Part shown: positions 11,482 through 25,491 of the stretch, one piece after another
Layout of the letters: each line of letters starts with the position of its first letter
How positions within the stretch are numbered: the stretch's first letter is position 1
Assembly: GCA_951406725.2 (NCBI GenBank)
Contig: OX597826.1
Location: forward strand, 54,870,001-54,934,000
Direction of reading: 5' to 3'
DNA from: Octopus vulgaris
Lineage: Eukaryota
Length of the DNA stretch: 64,000 nt
Notes under the pieces: generated by a model
What the model saw: the letters and a program-made list of their open reading frames with translations, nothing else
The model's database searches: none
What the model was told of the DNA's origin: nothing
Made by a program: the position numbers and the translations under genes

Positions 11482-12131
11482 CGGTTATGCGTATTTGAAA
11501 GAATAAACGAGTTCGTTTATTTATTTTTGCATGTGCGCTTTAGCATTTTAAAACAAAAATAATTAAAAAAAATTATTTGGAGGCTAAAAGATAATAATAA
11601 GGAATATAATCTTAAGTGGAATATTATTAGTTATGCTAAATCCTATAATATTGGTAAAAGACGCTGTCTTTTACCAATGCATTGGCGAAATCTCTCAAAT
11701 CTTGACTTCGAAACTTAAACTTCTTGATAACAGTCAAGAATCTGTTATATCATGTAAACATTCCTCTTAATACATATCTCGAAAGTACAATAAAACAAAA
11801 TAAAATATAGTTTAATATTATTCAATAAAATTCGATAAATAAGTATAGTAAATTATATTATATTATGTTAGATTGAACGTTATGATACTATGCCTTTTAA
11901 GCTATCTTCGATTAATCAGTCTGTTTTAAAATCTCAACCTATCAACATGTAATCCTTTTATGCTAATTAGCCCTGATGAGATTTTACTTGTATAATATTA
12001 TAGATGCAAATTTTATTTTATTTATAAATTTGTAATTCGTATTGTAAAACTGAAATAATTATAGACATTTTTAATTAACTATATGTTATTAAATTAATTC
12101 ATAACTATATACTCTTTATCTTCTTCTTGTT
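11015..12131. repeat. Long imperfect inverted repeat (~235-bp arms) with hammerhead-core motifs; probable inverted PLE pseudo-LTRs
   Basis: ~11015-11250 is the reverse complement of ~11902-12131. CTGATGA at 11973-11979 (+) and 11173-11179 (-). Confidence 0.8.
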
Positions 12132-12710
12132 TATCATATTCTACACTTGAATATGATATTTCTCGTAGTTATAGGGTATTAAACCAGAGTAACTAGCATG
12201 ATTTCATCCCTTTAAGAGGAGAACATGTCCTCGCAGTGGATATATATATATATATACGTGTGTATGTGTGTGTGTGTGTGTGTGTGTTTGTGTGTCTGTG
12301 TCTGTGTGTGTGTCCAACATAAAACTTCTGTGCATTTTGCATCTTTTAAATTTTTGACAATTGACGACGTCCAAAATTTTTTTTATCGAACCTTTTCACT
12401 CTCTCTCTCTCTTTCTCCGTATAAACACACACACATATATTCATACATACATACATACATACATACATACCTACCTACCTACCTACCTACCTACCTACCT
12501 ACCTACCTACATACATACATACATACATACATACATACATACATACATACATACATACATACATACATACATACATACATACATACATACATACGTGCGT
12601 ACGTACTAATACAAATGAATGAACTTAAGTCCATTGCAAAATAATGGTCCCCTGATGTGTTAATCATCGGGATTAATAAATATAGCATATATATAGCATT
12701 ATTATTATTT

Positions 12711-12890
12711 AAGGCGGCGAGCTGGCAGAAGGGTTAGCACGCTGGACGAAATGTTATGTTCTAATTTCCAATTCCGCCGCTTTTCATCCTTTCGGAGTTG
12801 ATAAATTAAGTCGTAGTGACACACTGAAGTCGGAATGATTGACTAGTCACCTCCCCAAGATTTCAGGCTTTGTGCTTTTAGCACGAAGGA
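12711..12890 (+). mobile_element. SINE family B
   Basis: Head AAGGCGGCGAGCTGGCAGAA..TTAGCACG, core TTTCATCCTTTCGGAGTTGATAAATTAAG. Confidence 0.8.
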
Positions 12891-12911
12891 TTTTTATTAT
12901 TGTAACTATTT

Positions 12912-13272
12912 TCAAGGCCTAAAATCTATGGGGAGGGGAGTGCTCGAATACATCAGCCCCAGTGTTTCGTTCCCGAATGGATGAAAGGCAAAGTGGGACT
13001 CGGCAGAATTTGAACTCAGAACGTAGTGACAGGCGAAATACCTATTTCTTTACTGCCCACAAGGGGTTACATACAGAGTAGACAAACAAGGACGGACAAA
13101 CGGATTAAATCGATGATATCGACCCCAGTGCGTAACTGGTACTGATTTAATCAACTCCGAAAGGATGAAAGGCAAATTGACCTCACCAAAATTTGAACTC
13201 AGAACGTAGCGGCAGACGAAATACTGGTAAGTATTTTGTCCAGCGTACTAACGATTCTGCCAGCTCGCTGCC

Positions 13273-13273
<1 letters not shown>
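12912..13273 (-). mobile_element. SINE family B, tandem dimer
   Basis: Two reverse-complement units containing GGATGAAAGGCAAA..AATTTGAACTCAGAACGTAG. Confidence 0.8.
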
Positions 13274-13331
<58 letters not shown>

Positions 13332-13344
13332 GCAATAATAATAA

Positions 13345-13560
13345 TTCTTTCGACTATTGGCAAAAGGCCTGAAATTTTAGGGGAGTTGACTAGTCGATTA
13401 CATCAACCCCAGTACTCAACTGGTATTTTATTTATAGACCCCGAAAGGATTAAATGCAAAGTCGACCTCAGGGGAATTTGAACTCAGAACGTAAAGATCA
13501 ACGAAATGCTGCTAAGCATTTCGTTCAACGTCTTAACGATTCTGCCAGTTCAATGCCTTA
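13345..13560 (-). mobile_element. SINE family B
   Basis: GACCCCGAAAGGATTAAATGCAAAGTCGACCTC..GAACTCAGAACG..GATTCTGCCAG. Confidence 0.8.
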
Positions 13561-14232
13561 GTAATAATAGTACTAATAATAATAATAATAAAACTCGTAC
13601 GGGATCGTTTTCATAAGCGATTGTCCTTGTTACATTTTGAGCTGAGAAATGGAGACCGAGAAATGTTTGAAATGATATAAGGCTGTAAACATTTTTTTTT
13701 TATATCCTATCATCGATTTAGACTTTCACTTTCATGGCACCACAAAGGAAATACAGTTGTCTCAGAATCCCTCGGAGATTTCATATCAGGAGCCACATTA
13801 TCGACTTATTGATCCAGAGGAATGGTCAAACATGATGTTAGGATATAAGTGCATCATGCTTACTATCCTGGCCAATAAACGGAACATATTCTGTTCTTAC
13901 ATTCTATACATTTGTCTTTAGAATTCGCTGTAATGTAATGCAGTGAAATGCGTGCATGTCTGTATATGTGCATTTATGTATGTATGTATGCGTACATGTT
14001 TGGATGATTGTGTGCATGTATATGTGTCCATATGTATGTATGTATGCATGCTTATAATCATCATGCATGTGTGTGTATACACTTATGTATTTATATATAT
14101 ATATATATATGTATACATAGATATATTCTTAAACGTATATATATCCATATAAAATGCACACACACAAATATATATATATACATATACATACAAGCACACA
14201 CACATACACACACATACACACACATACACACG

Positions 14233-14264
<32 letters not shown>

Positions 14265-14550
14265 CCATATACATATATTTATAAATATATTATACACACA
14301 TACATACACACATATATGTATATGTATGTATGCATGTATGTATATATATGCGTATACATAGAGAAATATTCTTATACGTATATATACATATAAAATATAC
14401 ACACACAAATACGTATACACATATACATACATGCATACACCTAGCCACACACACATATATATATATATACATATACCCATATACATATATTTACGCATAT
14501 ATTATACAGACATGCACACTTATATATGTATATGTATGTATCCCTGTATG

Positions 14551-14595
<45 letters not shown>

Positions 14596-15166
14596 TTATT
14601 CATATATGTATACATATATATGTATGCATTGTTTGCGTGCATTGATGTATATTTTTGATTGCCAAAATAGAAATATATACATACTGGTGTGTTGGTGAAG
14701 TGTAGTGTTGTGTTGTAGCATGTCATGCTGCGTTGTGCGATATGCTGCAGGGCAGTGTACTGTATGTGCGTGTATGTGTGTGAGTGAGTGTATGGTATGT
14801 GTGTGTGAGTGTGTACAACTGTATGCGTGTGTGTCTGGTGGCTTTTGACAAGATGGATGAGTGCCCCTTTCATGTTGACCCTCTGCTCTTCAGAGACAGG
14901 TTCAGATGTCAGTTCTCTTCTTCATAAATCTCGATATATTTTATCCCATGTATTACCAATTTATTATGTTTGTTTGTTCTCTTACACACCAACAGGACAA
15001 AAGGAGTAAAATATATCCAGCACTAGGATTGAACTAAGAACCTCGACGTCTTACATGAAATGATAATGAAACATCATGTCTTTGTATTGATGTATAAGTC
15101 ACGATTGTAGTAATCCTATCTGCCTATTTCCATGTATTGTGCTTATACGAGAAACAATTATTGCGA

Positions 15167-15300
15167 AGGCGGCGAGTTAGCAGAACTGTTAGTGTATCAA
15201 AAAACAGCAATATTTGTTAGTCCCTTTGCATTCCGTGTTCAAATCCCGCCGAAGTCGACTTTGTCTTTCATCCCTCCAGAATCGATGGTATCAAGTTAAC
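15167..15300 (+). mobile_element. SINE family B fragment
   Basis: AAGGCGGCGAGTTAGCAGAA..GTTCAAATCCCGCCGAAGTCGACTTTG. Confidence 0.7.
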
Positions 15301-15319
15301 ACTGGTCCTTTGAAAATGT

Positions 15320-15762
15320 GAGTGGCTGTCTGGTAAATAGCTTGCTTACCAACCACATGGTTCCTCGTTCAGTCCCACTGCGTGGCACCTTGAGCGAGTG
15401 TCTTCTGCCATAGTCTCGGGCCGACCAAAGCCTTGTGAGTGGATTTGGTAGACGTAAACTGAAAGAATCCCGTCGTATATGTATATATATATATGTATAT
15501 ATATATCAATATATGTATGTATGTATGTGTGTATGTGTCTGTGTATGTATTTGTGTGTCTGTGTTTGTCCCTCCAACATCGCTTGACAACCGATACTGGT
15601 GTGCTTACGTCCCCGTAACTTAGCGGTTCGGCGAATGGGACCGATAGAATAAGTACTAGGCTTACAAAGAATAAGTCCTGGGGTCGATTTGCTCGACTAA
15701 AAGGCGGTGCTCCAGCATGGTCACAGTCAAATGATTGAAACAATTAAAAGAGTAAAAGAGTA
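15320..15762 (+). mobile_element. SINE family A, near full length
   Basis: Head, internal microsatellite and tail ending AAAAGAGTAAAAGAG. Confidence 0.9.
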
Positions 15763-16292
15763 GTGTTTAAAGCTGGAGCATTAAAGGGAGTAAGCTAGTA
15801 GAGTTAATAATTATATTGTTGGTAACGCTGCTGAAAGTAACGGGTGGAAAGCGAGGCTGAAACACGGGCTGAAAGCGAGGGAATGAACAAAAAAGATTGT
15901 TTAGTTGAATTATTTTGGTTATTCTCCGTGGCTGAGATGACCGAGCTAGATTTAGCTTGTATACAAATGTGTGCATTTCTATATGCACTGTGGATGCGTT
16001 GTATTCGTATGGTGTATATGAATGTTTATAATTATTCACTTTCGGATGTATTATACTGACGACGGTAAAGGGTATTGCATCCTTAAACAAGAAATCGATC
16101 TATGGCAAAACTATAAAAAAATTATTTTATTTATTCCCTCACTTCCAGCCTATCTCTATATGATAAATAAGAAAGTTTTAGAGCCACTTGGCGTCTTCTA
16201 GGATATGCGATATGCATCACTCAGTAGTTGTTACTTACTTTTATAATTATATTTATTTGAATTATATATATATTTATATAATATATATATTA

Positions 16293-16352
<60 letters not shown>

Positions 16353-16471
16353 GAATATATACCTATAACAAGAGAATATATATATGTTGTAAGAACCTTG
16401 TCTCCCAACCACATGGTTCCAGGTTCAATCCCACTGCATTGGCAACTTGGTCAAGTGTCTTCTATATTTTC

Positions 16472-16525
<54 letters not shown>

Positions 16526-16702
16526 TATATACACACACACAATATATGTCGTAGAACTTGTTTCAACCACATGTTCAGGTTCAATCCATGGTAAACTTTG
16601 TCCTTCCTATAGCCTTGGGTCGACCAAAGCCTTGTTTGTGGATTTGGTAGTCGGAAATTGAAAGAAGACCGTCGTACATACATACATACATACATACATA
16701 CA

Positions 16703-16781
<79 letters not shown>

Positions 16782-16813
16782 GCAATTATCAATCAGGCAG
16801 AGGCTCAAGTGGT

Positions 16814-16977
16814 GGGCGCAGGCGTGGCTGTGAGGTAAGAAATTTGATTCCAAATCACATGGTTCTTAGTTCAGTCTTACAGCATGACACCTTGGGCAAG
16901 TGTCTTCTATTACAGCCTCGAGCTACCAAAGCCCTGTGAGTGGATTTGGAAGACTGAAACTGAAAGTAGCCCGTCGA

Positions 16978-17008
<31 letters not shown>

Positions 17009-17286
17009 CTTATATGCATACATATGTGTGTGTGTATCTTGGTGCATGTGCGCGCATATGTGTGTGATTGCGTCTTTGTGTTTGTCCCTATCCCTGTTTG
17101 ACAACCAGTGATGGTGTGTTTACATCACCGTAACTTACTAGTTCGGCTAAACGAACCGATCCAATAAGTACCTGGCTTTATATAAAATAAGAAACTCCTG
17201 GGCTCTATTCGCTCGACTAAAATGCTTCAAGCCTGAGCTCCAGAATGGTCGCAGTCTAATGACTGAAACAAATAAAATATGAAAGA
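16814..17286 (+). mobile_element. SINE family A (diverged); two further head fragments at ~16385-16462 and ~16550-16676
   Basis: GGGCGCAGGCGTGGCTGTGAGG head, CACCTTGGGCAAG, tail TGACTGAAACAAATAAAA. Confidence 0.85.
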
Positions 17287-18207
17287 TAAATAAACATTCA
17301 TTTTCTATCACACGAATAATTACATTTATCATAGGTAGCCAGTCTGCTTCCATATTCTTTGTTTCTTTGAATCTTAGCAATTCTTCAAATTATTGGTGGT
17401 ATTGGATATTAGCGTACCGAACACTATGTAAAGTATTCTGAATTGTTAAACAGTTTTGTTCTTTGAACTTTATCTTCTTTTAATACACTTACGCTTTTTT
17501 TAATTTAAACATATATAATGATTGTTTACGTCTGCTAAAAGCCAAGGAATATTTTTGAAATTAAATTGTAAATTAATCTATATGTACATCAATAAATTAA
17601 TAGATATTAAAGCAAGAAAAAGTTTTGTTTTATATCAAGTAGTTCAATATATAAATAATCAATTAAAGAATATATTGATCACCTAAAGCGTAAGAAAATT
17701 TTCATATGCTCAACCATTTCAATGATCATATGCGTCATTGAGCAATGTAGAGACATTAAAATTGTTTCAAGTTAGCTACCGAATACTTCTTTGATGTACC
17801 AGTCAAGCAATTCAATTTATTAATAGCATGAAACAGCAAAGATTCAATACCAAGTGTAAGCATGAGGGTTAGCAAGTTTTTAGAATATTTAGAAGATACA
17901 AATTTACTAATGATAAATTACAAGTGATACCCGTGGAAATTTTGCAATTTGCGATTTTATAACATTTATTTAGACGCATAAATTTCAACATCTTCCATCT
18001 TGTTATCACTGTTGCATTATGAAAATGCACTTTATATTAACGATCAAGACTACGTATTAAGTTAATTGAAAAATTAGGATTTAGGTAACTTATGTTAGTG
18101 ACACTGTAATAAATTTTTCCATGCTCTGGCTGCAATGTGATGTGTTGTACTGTTTAACTCACAGCTGAAATTAGCTGCTTGTTATGAAAGCACATGACTC
18201 TGTGCTT

Positions 18208-18442
18208 TCACTCGGTGCTTAGGTTGAACGTCGGGCTCACAATCATGAGGCAGTGAGTTCGATTCACAGACTGGTCTGTGTGTTGTGATCTTGAGCAAGA
18301 CACTTTATTTCACGTTGTTCCAGTTCACAATTGTATCGGCCTTTGCTTTTCCCATCGGTGGCGTGGAGAACGGAGGCTGATATACATGGGCGACTGTTGG
18401 CCTTTCACAAAACAAGATTGCCCTGACTTGTGTCTTGGAGAG
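18208..18442 (+). mobile_element. SINE family E (tRNA-derived)
   Basis: B-box GAGTTCGATTC, TCTTGAGCAAGACACTTTATTTCACG; a reverse-complement relative lies at ~35700-35850. Confidence 0.7.
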
Positions 18443-18445
18443 TAA

Positions 18446-18580
<135 letters not shown>

Positions 18581-18684
18581 ATATTGATAGAAAGTTACAT
18601 ACATTCATACATACATATACATATATCTATATCTATCTGTCTATCTATCTCTCGCTCACTATATATATATATACACATATACTG

Positions 18685-18838
18685 TGGGCTTTTTCAGTTT
18701 ATGTCAGCCAAATCCACTCGCAGGGCTTTTGTCGGTCCGAGGCTACTGTAGAAAAAAACTTGCCCAAAGTGGTACGCTGTGGGACCGAACCTGGAAATAT
18801 ATGGTTGGGAAGCAATATTCTTGCCACTCATTCATACC
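18685..18838 (-). mobile_element. SINE family A head (diverged)
   Basis: TTTCAGTTT..CCAAATCCACTC..CTTGCCCAA..GGGACCGAACC. Confidence 0.75.
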
Positions 18839-19804
18839 TTTGTCAATCTGATACATAATTGACATTGGAGCCACCATTGGATGCAAGACAAGATCATACT
18901 CATAGTAGAAATATTGTACTGTACCTTACTTTTGACCGTAAGTTCGTCGTTCTTCAACATCTACAATAGCATTTTGTTATCCAAGCACACCAGTGAGAAG
19001 AAAATAATGTGTGGGTAGCACATTTGGTCAATGTGGCGAGACAAAACGTCGTATTCTTGCTACTGGTGCATTTTTGTGTGTGAATTATGATGTCCCTATA
19101 CGCAGGAGAGTCTCTACTTTCAACTATAAATACAGGCGATTTCATTACTTGTAGGGAAGGTGCGCATCCATCTTCGCTTATCACTGATTCGTTCGTCACT
19201 GATCCGGTATAAAATGGATGGCTAACTCTGAAACGTGTTAGACTTATCACGAATTGACCTGTGATAACACGGAACGGCAATCATACAAATAATCTGTTTT
19301 GAGCGCATGGGCAAACCCCAGTGACCATATACAATGCTCAGGACAAGTTGGGGTCCTCGAAAGAAACCTATTCTCTCCCTATGTTCTATTCTTTATATAG
19401 TAAAAATTCATTTTATACGCTTTTCTTTAACCGAACACACGTGTTCAACGAGGAAAGACTTTTACACACACACACCACATATATAAACATACATGCATAT
19501 AGACATGTACACACCTCCATGTATATATATGTATATGTGTGTATATATTTGCATATATACCTTTGTATAGTAAAATATGATGTCTTTTTTGAATATGATA
19601 AAGGTGGAAATGTTTCAGTCTATAAACCTCATCAGCATTCCATAACCTACCCAAGCCCATAATAATTTGACAAGCTTTTATATATACGGCTATTTTCTTT
19701 TGAAACTGTTACTTACATAATTAAAAGAATATAGGAACTAAGAGGAATAACTCAAATAGACTAATGACATGAATTTGCTAAATAAAATAAAAAAGCCTTA
19801 CATA

Positions 19805-20224
19805 TGCAGGAGTGGCTGTGTGGTAAGTAGCTTGCTAACCAACCGCATGGTTCCGGGTTCAGTCCCACTGCGTGGCATCTTGGGCAAGTGTCTTCTGCTA
19901 TAGTCCCGGGCCGACCAATGCCTTGTGAGTGGATTTGGTAGACGGAAACTGAAAGAAGCCTGTCGTATATATATATACATATATATATAAGTGTGTGTGT
20001 ATATGTTTGTGTGTCTGTGTTTGTCCCCCTAGCATTGCTTGACAACCGATGCTGGTGTGTTTACTTCCACGTCACTTAGCGGTTTCGCAAAAGAGACCGA
20101 TAGAATAAGTACTAGGCTTACAAAGAATAAGTCCCGGGGTCGATTTGCTCGACTAAAGGCGGTGATCCAGCATGGCCGCAGTCAAATGACTGAAACAAGT
20201 AAAAGAGTAAAAGAGTAAAGAGTA
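19805..20224 (+). mobile_element. SINE family A, full length, young
   Basis: Near-identical to 55140-55545; tail GTAAAAGAGTAAAAGAGTAAAGAG. Confidence 0.92.
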
Positions 20225-20689
20225 ATCTGCTTAATAAATTTTGAATTAATTAATATATCATTCGTAGTAGCAGGAAAACAAACTTGGATGAGCCTCACCA
20301 GTTTTAAAATGATCTGAGTCATGCCATATGTCAGCGTGCGCTCCTATGTTTCCATTAAATGTTAAAGGCTCTATATAATAACTGATAAGACATCCACATT
20401 GTACTTAATTTTATCGGTGCACACAACTTTGATGGTTTATTTAGGTATTAGTGATGACAAGAGCGGGTACGATTGAAATCTCTTTTCCCTGATGTGTAAC
20501 GAGTGATTGTATTTTTCTAAGATCGAACGAAAATGTTGGGTTAGCATGCCTTCATTTAAAAACGTAAGACAAAGAGTTGAACCAGTAATTTACTAATATG
20601 ACCGCTTAGTAAGGACCGATTTATCACAGAAAATCAGTTCAAAGTATGCACGGAATACCACCTCCAACAACCTCAAAAGAAGGAAAATA

Positions 20690-21263
20690 TTGGGTTGTCC
20701 GGAAAGTTCGTGCCGATTTTTAAAGGAAAGCAAAAGGTCAATAAATACTTGCCATTACCCAAGCTTTACCAGGTGCACATGAACGACGGATTTTGATAGG
20801 TTGAGGATTTCTGCCAATTCTCGGGTTGTGCATTGTGGGTTATTCTCAAGTAATGACTTGATTTGGTCATCATATGTAGTGGATGGTCAACCTGATCGCT
20901 CTTTATCAATAAAGCTACAATCTCCAGCTCGGAACCTTGCGAACCACTTCCGTACAGTTATTTCGGATAAAGAAACATTACTGTAAACTGCGCATATTTC
21001 TTTGGTTGCTTGTGAGGCATTTTTCCCTTTACGGAAAAAGAAAAGCATCAAGTGCCGAAAATGAAGTTTCTTATCTTCCATTTTAAAGGGTTACAGAATT
21101 AACACAGGTTATAGGAACATAAACTTTCTTCCACGAAAAGATAGCTTAAACTGTGCTCTAAATGGAGGTGTAGTCAAATCGTATTTTATGAACTCAACCA
21201 TGTTCTAAAATAAGTCGAAAGATAAGCTACTATAAATCGGCACGAACTTTCCGAAAAACCCAA
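20690..21263 (-). mobile_element. Mariner deletion derivative retaining transposase N-terminus
   Basis: TIRs TTGGGTTGTCCGGAAAGTTCGTGCCGATTT / AAATCGGCACGAACTTTCCGAAAAACCCAA, flanked by TA at 20688-89 and 21264-65. ORF 20887..21081 MEDKKLHFRHLMLFFFRKGKNASQATKEICAVY..VRKWFARFRAGD..ERSG is a mariner HTH region. Confidence 0.95.
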
Positions 21264-21669
21264 TAGAACAAAAATAAATTACAACTTGTAGACGCCTTCT
21301 TGGTGACTCTTAATTGCAAAACATTTTCAATGACTAACGTGTCTTGCAAACGTTATAATACAACGACATCGTATGTATTTTGCAACAGTCTGAAGTACGT
21401 AGGTTATACTGTGAACTATGGAAAGCAACTGGCAGGAAATTCTTCAAAAATAAAACGGATTAAATTATTCTGGAGATATTATATATAAATACAAGCGACT
21501 TGAAGATCTGCAAGAAGAAACACGAAAATATTTACTTTAGAAATAAATTACGTAAATACTTAAAGATTTATGTATGTTTACATGTACGAATACACCTACA
21601 TGTTTATGTGTATATGTACGCATGTGTATGTGAATATACATGCATAGATATGTACACACACAAAGACAT

Positions 21670-21762
<93 letters not shown>

Positions 21763-22561
21763 CATACACACACACATATATATATTTATATATATATATA
21801 CGAGTACACATATAAATATAGACACATACATATAAACATACACACATATCAAAGAGATTGAGAGAAAGTTATGTAGCGTGTGGTGTAGACATACAGATAT
21901 AGACATACAAATACATACATATGTCTCTTGTCTTCCACTTTCATTGGGTCCCTCTCTCCTTATACTTGTATATATTTATCCCTCTGTCTATTATCTCTCC
22001 CTCTTTCTCTCTACATATATACATGCTCATACACATACATGCAAATAGTCTTATATATATATATTTACGTGTATACATATATATGTATATGTGTCTGTAT
22101 GTGTGTGTACGTATATAACAAGCTGAAAAATGGATAGAAGAGCAACAGTAGTAAGGAGGAAGAAAAAAGAGAGTATGGAAGAAAAAGCTAACTTTATGGA
22201 GTTTAAAAATAATCTTCTAATTCTTTATTTTAGTCAGAGAGACATTTGCAGATCAATATTCTTTATATTCTGGCAACATACTTTGATTCAAGCATAAATT
22301 GGTACATCTAGACACGCATGGTTAAATGGGTATGTATATGTGTGTGTAGAAAAATATACATACATGCATATATATATACAAATATATATATGAATATATA
22401 TATATATGTGTGTGTGTCTGTGTGTGTGTATGTATATTTATGCATATATATGTATATAAATATGTGTGGGTATATATATATATGTGTCTATACATACATG
22501 CATACATATAATTAGGTAAAGACAAATATATCCACACGCACAGATACACACGTGTATGTAA

Positions 22562-22623
<62 letters not shown>

Positions 22624-22768
22624 GTTTGTATGTGTGAGTATATGTGTGGCTACATATGTATTTTTGAGTTTATGTTCACAAGAAAGCAAAATAAACATAT
22701 GTATTTAGCCGAAACATGGTATCAGATATGAAAAATGTGAGTTTATGTACATATATGCATGTACACAG

Positions 22769-22884
<116 letters not shown>

Positions 22885-22911
22885 ATGTATGTATGTATGT
22901 ATGTATGTATG

Positions 22912-22949
<38 letters not shown>

Positions 22950-24460
22950 GACTGTTTCTGCTTCATCGTTCCTATTTATATAAGTTTGTAAATAAGTTTC
23001 TATATAAGTTCGTCGATTTAATAAGATATGTAGGAGAATATTTATAGACAATTCTTACAGTGTGTGTAAATAGATCAACATATTTAACATCTCTGATGGT
23101 AAACTTTGTGTCAATGGGTTCTCATCCTTTCTTTGTTGCTTTCTTTTTTATTTTATTTACTCCTTTATTCCGAATAGCGGAGGGCTGAGACTAACCTGCT
23201 TGACAGAACCTCCTATATTGTTGAAAGTCACGGAAGAAATTTTTCTCGAAGGGAAACGATAATGCTTGGCATACAACAGAATGAACGCAATAGAATACGT
23301 TTGTCTCAAGGTATCAAATGCAAATGTGTTTGAAGAGGGAAACACTTATTTCTTGTGTAGTATCCAGGTGAAACTTAGCCATTTCGGAATATGGTCATAT
23401 GAGTTCCAGCCGTGGCTGTCTCATCTGTTTTAGGATCATAGTAACAAGACCTACACTCTTTAATGTATAGAAACACGTGGTCTTGTTGTTAGGATATTTA
23501 ACTTAGGACCAGAAAGACGTGGACTTAATTTCAGGATTGAGGGACATGTTGTGTCCTTGAGGAAAGAACTTCCTTCTAGGTGTCTGTAGTGTGCTCAGAG
23601 GTAAAAGAGTACCAAAAGCTTGCTCGTGTCCCCCTCTCTTTCTTCAGTTTTCACATTCTATATGTGTCACTAGATCAAGAGTGAAGGGCCGGGAAATTAA
23701 TTATGTCTATTCACGACCACTTAGTAATGAAAAACAACGAGGAAAACCAGGCGCTACCTAGCTATGCTCGCTTGCTTCTCGCTTTATTTCGTTTTTGTAT
23801 CTATTGCAGATTTCACTGTGGTAGTTGTTGCTGTTACGCGCCGCTGCATTCAATGTCGTTGCTTATTTGTGTTGTGGAAAGCTGCGAATGCTACCGTTTA
23901 CTTTCTGTTGTGGGGAACAAGGCTTTCAGGTGTTTCAAGATATTTTCATTTCACTTATAATAGGACTTTCATCCTATTTCAAAACATTCCTCCTGCCTAT
24001 ATATTTTTTACACCCAGGAACGTGCCACTGCCTTCAAGGACTACTCAATGCACGCTACAACTCACTAAATGTTCAAATCCGATGCAAGTCGGGTATCTTT
24101 CCCCCTATCTATCCATCTTCCAAAATTTGTATTTTGAAAGGCCCGAATTATCAAGTCCTGCTGATGAAGTCCATATCTTTGCAAGTTTCTCGCAAGAAAA
24201 ATTTCATTCGGGTGAGAATAGCAATTTCTAAACCTTAGTCTTTTTTTCACTGAGACATAAATGCAAATGATTGATCGTCTGCTTGGCATTCTTTTCCATA
24301 CGTTGTTATACAAAGTCAATCTTACGTAGATGATTAAAAAAAAATTTAGTTCATTTTCCCTGCCACAGAAATCTGTATCATAATGTCGCTCCTTTTGCTG
24401 CGGATTTCGCATTTGTGAAATTAGTGACGCTATCGCTTTGGGCTGTCATATTCCTTGTAC

Positions 24461-24614
24461 TGTGGAGACGTAATGGTCCAGAGGTTAGGGCAACGGACTC
24501 GCAGTTGTATGATGTCTGTGGAGTGTTCAGCCACTTGCACGTTAATTTCAGGAGCAGACTGTTCCGTTGATCGGATCAACTGGAACCCTCGTCGTCGTAA
24601 CCGACGGAGTACCA
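24461..24614 (+). mobile_element. SINE family D, internally deleted
   Basis: Head GTGGAGACGTAATGGTCCAGAGGTTAGGG joined directly to the 3' part CAGCCACTTGCACGTTAATT..GTCGTAACCGACGGAGT; compare 30914-31298. Confidence 0.8.
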
Positions 24615-24859
24615 ACATTCATAGTAGTGTTGGTGTTAGTGTTGCCAGTAGAGATGGTAACGATGATGATGATGCAGCGGCCTTTATACGTTGCTACATA
24701 CTGCTATGCTTGCTTTGTTATTTATTTATTTATATATTCATTTATGTTATTGCATTAATTGAAAACTAGTTTGACAATGAAAGTGGTGGTTGCGATAATG
24801 ATACTTCCGACCTTGTGTTTTCTGCTGTTATTATTTCTCCTGATGAAGTCTATTTGTTG

Positions 24860-25028
24860 GCGGGATCAATCATTAGCACGCCCGGCAAAATGCTGAGTGG
24901 CATTTTGTCCGTCTTCTGAGTTCAAATTCCACCGAGCTCAACTTTACCTTTCGTCCTTTCGGAGTCGATAAAATAAGCGCCCGTTGAGCATTGGGGTCAA
25001 TCCCGAAATCACACACCTTGTACCAAAA
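24860..25028 (+). mobile_element. SINE family B (diverged)
   Basis: TTAGCACGCCCGGC..TTCTGAGTTCAAATTCCACCGAG..CCTTTCGGAGTCGATAAAATAAG. Confidence 0.75.
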
Positions 25029-25030
25029 TT

Positions 25031-25266
25031 ACTCTTTTACTTGTTTCAGTCATTTGACAGTGGCCATGCTGGAGCACCGCCTTTAGTCGAGCAAATCGAC
25101 GCCAGGACTTATTTTTCGTAAGCCTAGTACTTACTCTATCGGTCCCTTTTGCCGAATCGCTAAGTTACGGGACCGTAAACACACCAGCATCGGTCGTCAA
25201 GCGATGCTGGGGGGACAAAAACAGACACACAAACATATACACACACTCACATACATACATACTTAC

Positions 25267-25302
<36 letters not shown>

Positions 25303-25491
25303 TCATATATGTATATATACATATATACGACGGGCTTCTTTCAGTTTCCGTCTACCAAATCCTCTCACAAGGCTTTGGTTAGCCCGAGGTTATATCAGAA
25401 GACGCTTGCCCAAAGTGCCACGCAGTGGGACTGAACCCGGAACCATGTGGTTCGTAAGCAAGCTACTCACCACACAACCACTCCTACGCCT
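25031..25491 (-). mobile_element. SINE family A, full length
   Basis: Reverse complement of family A from tail (ACTCTTTTACTTGTTTCAG) to head (CCACTCCTACGCC). Confidence 0.92.

Noticed and set aside
23900-24420. ORFs 23764..24231 and 24065..24412; faint LINE-RT-like words (SAGLDN, GKIPD) on the minus strand
   Set aside because: Too degraded to call; probably an ancient LINE fragment rather than a gene.
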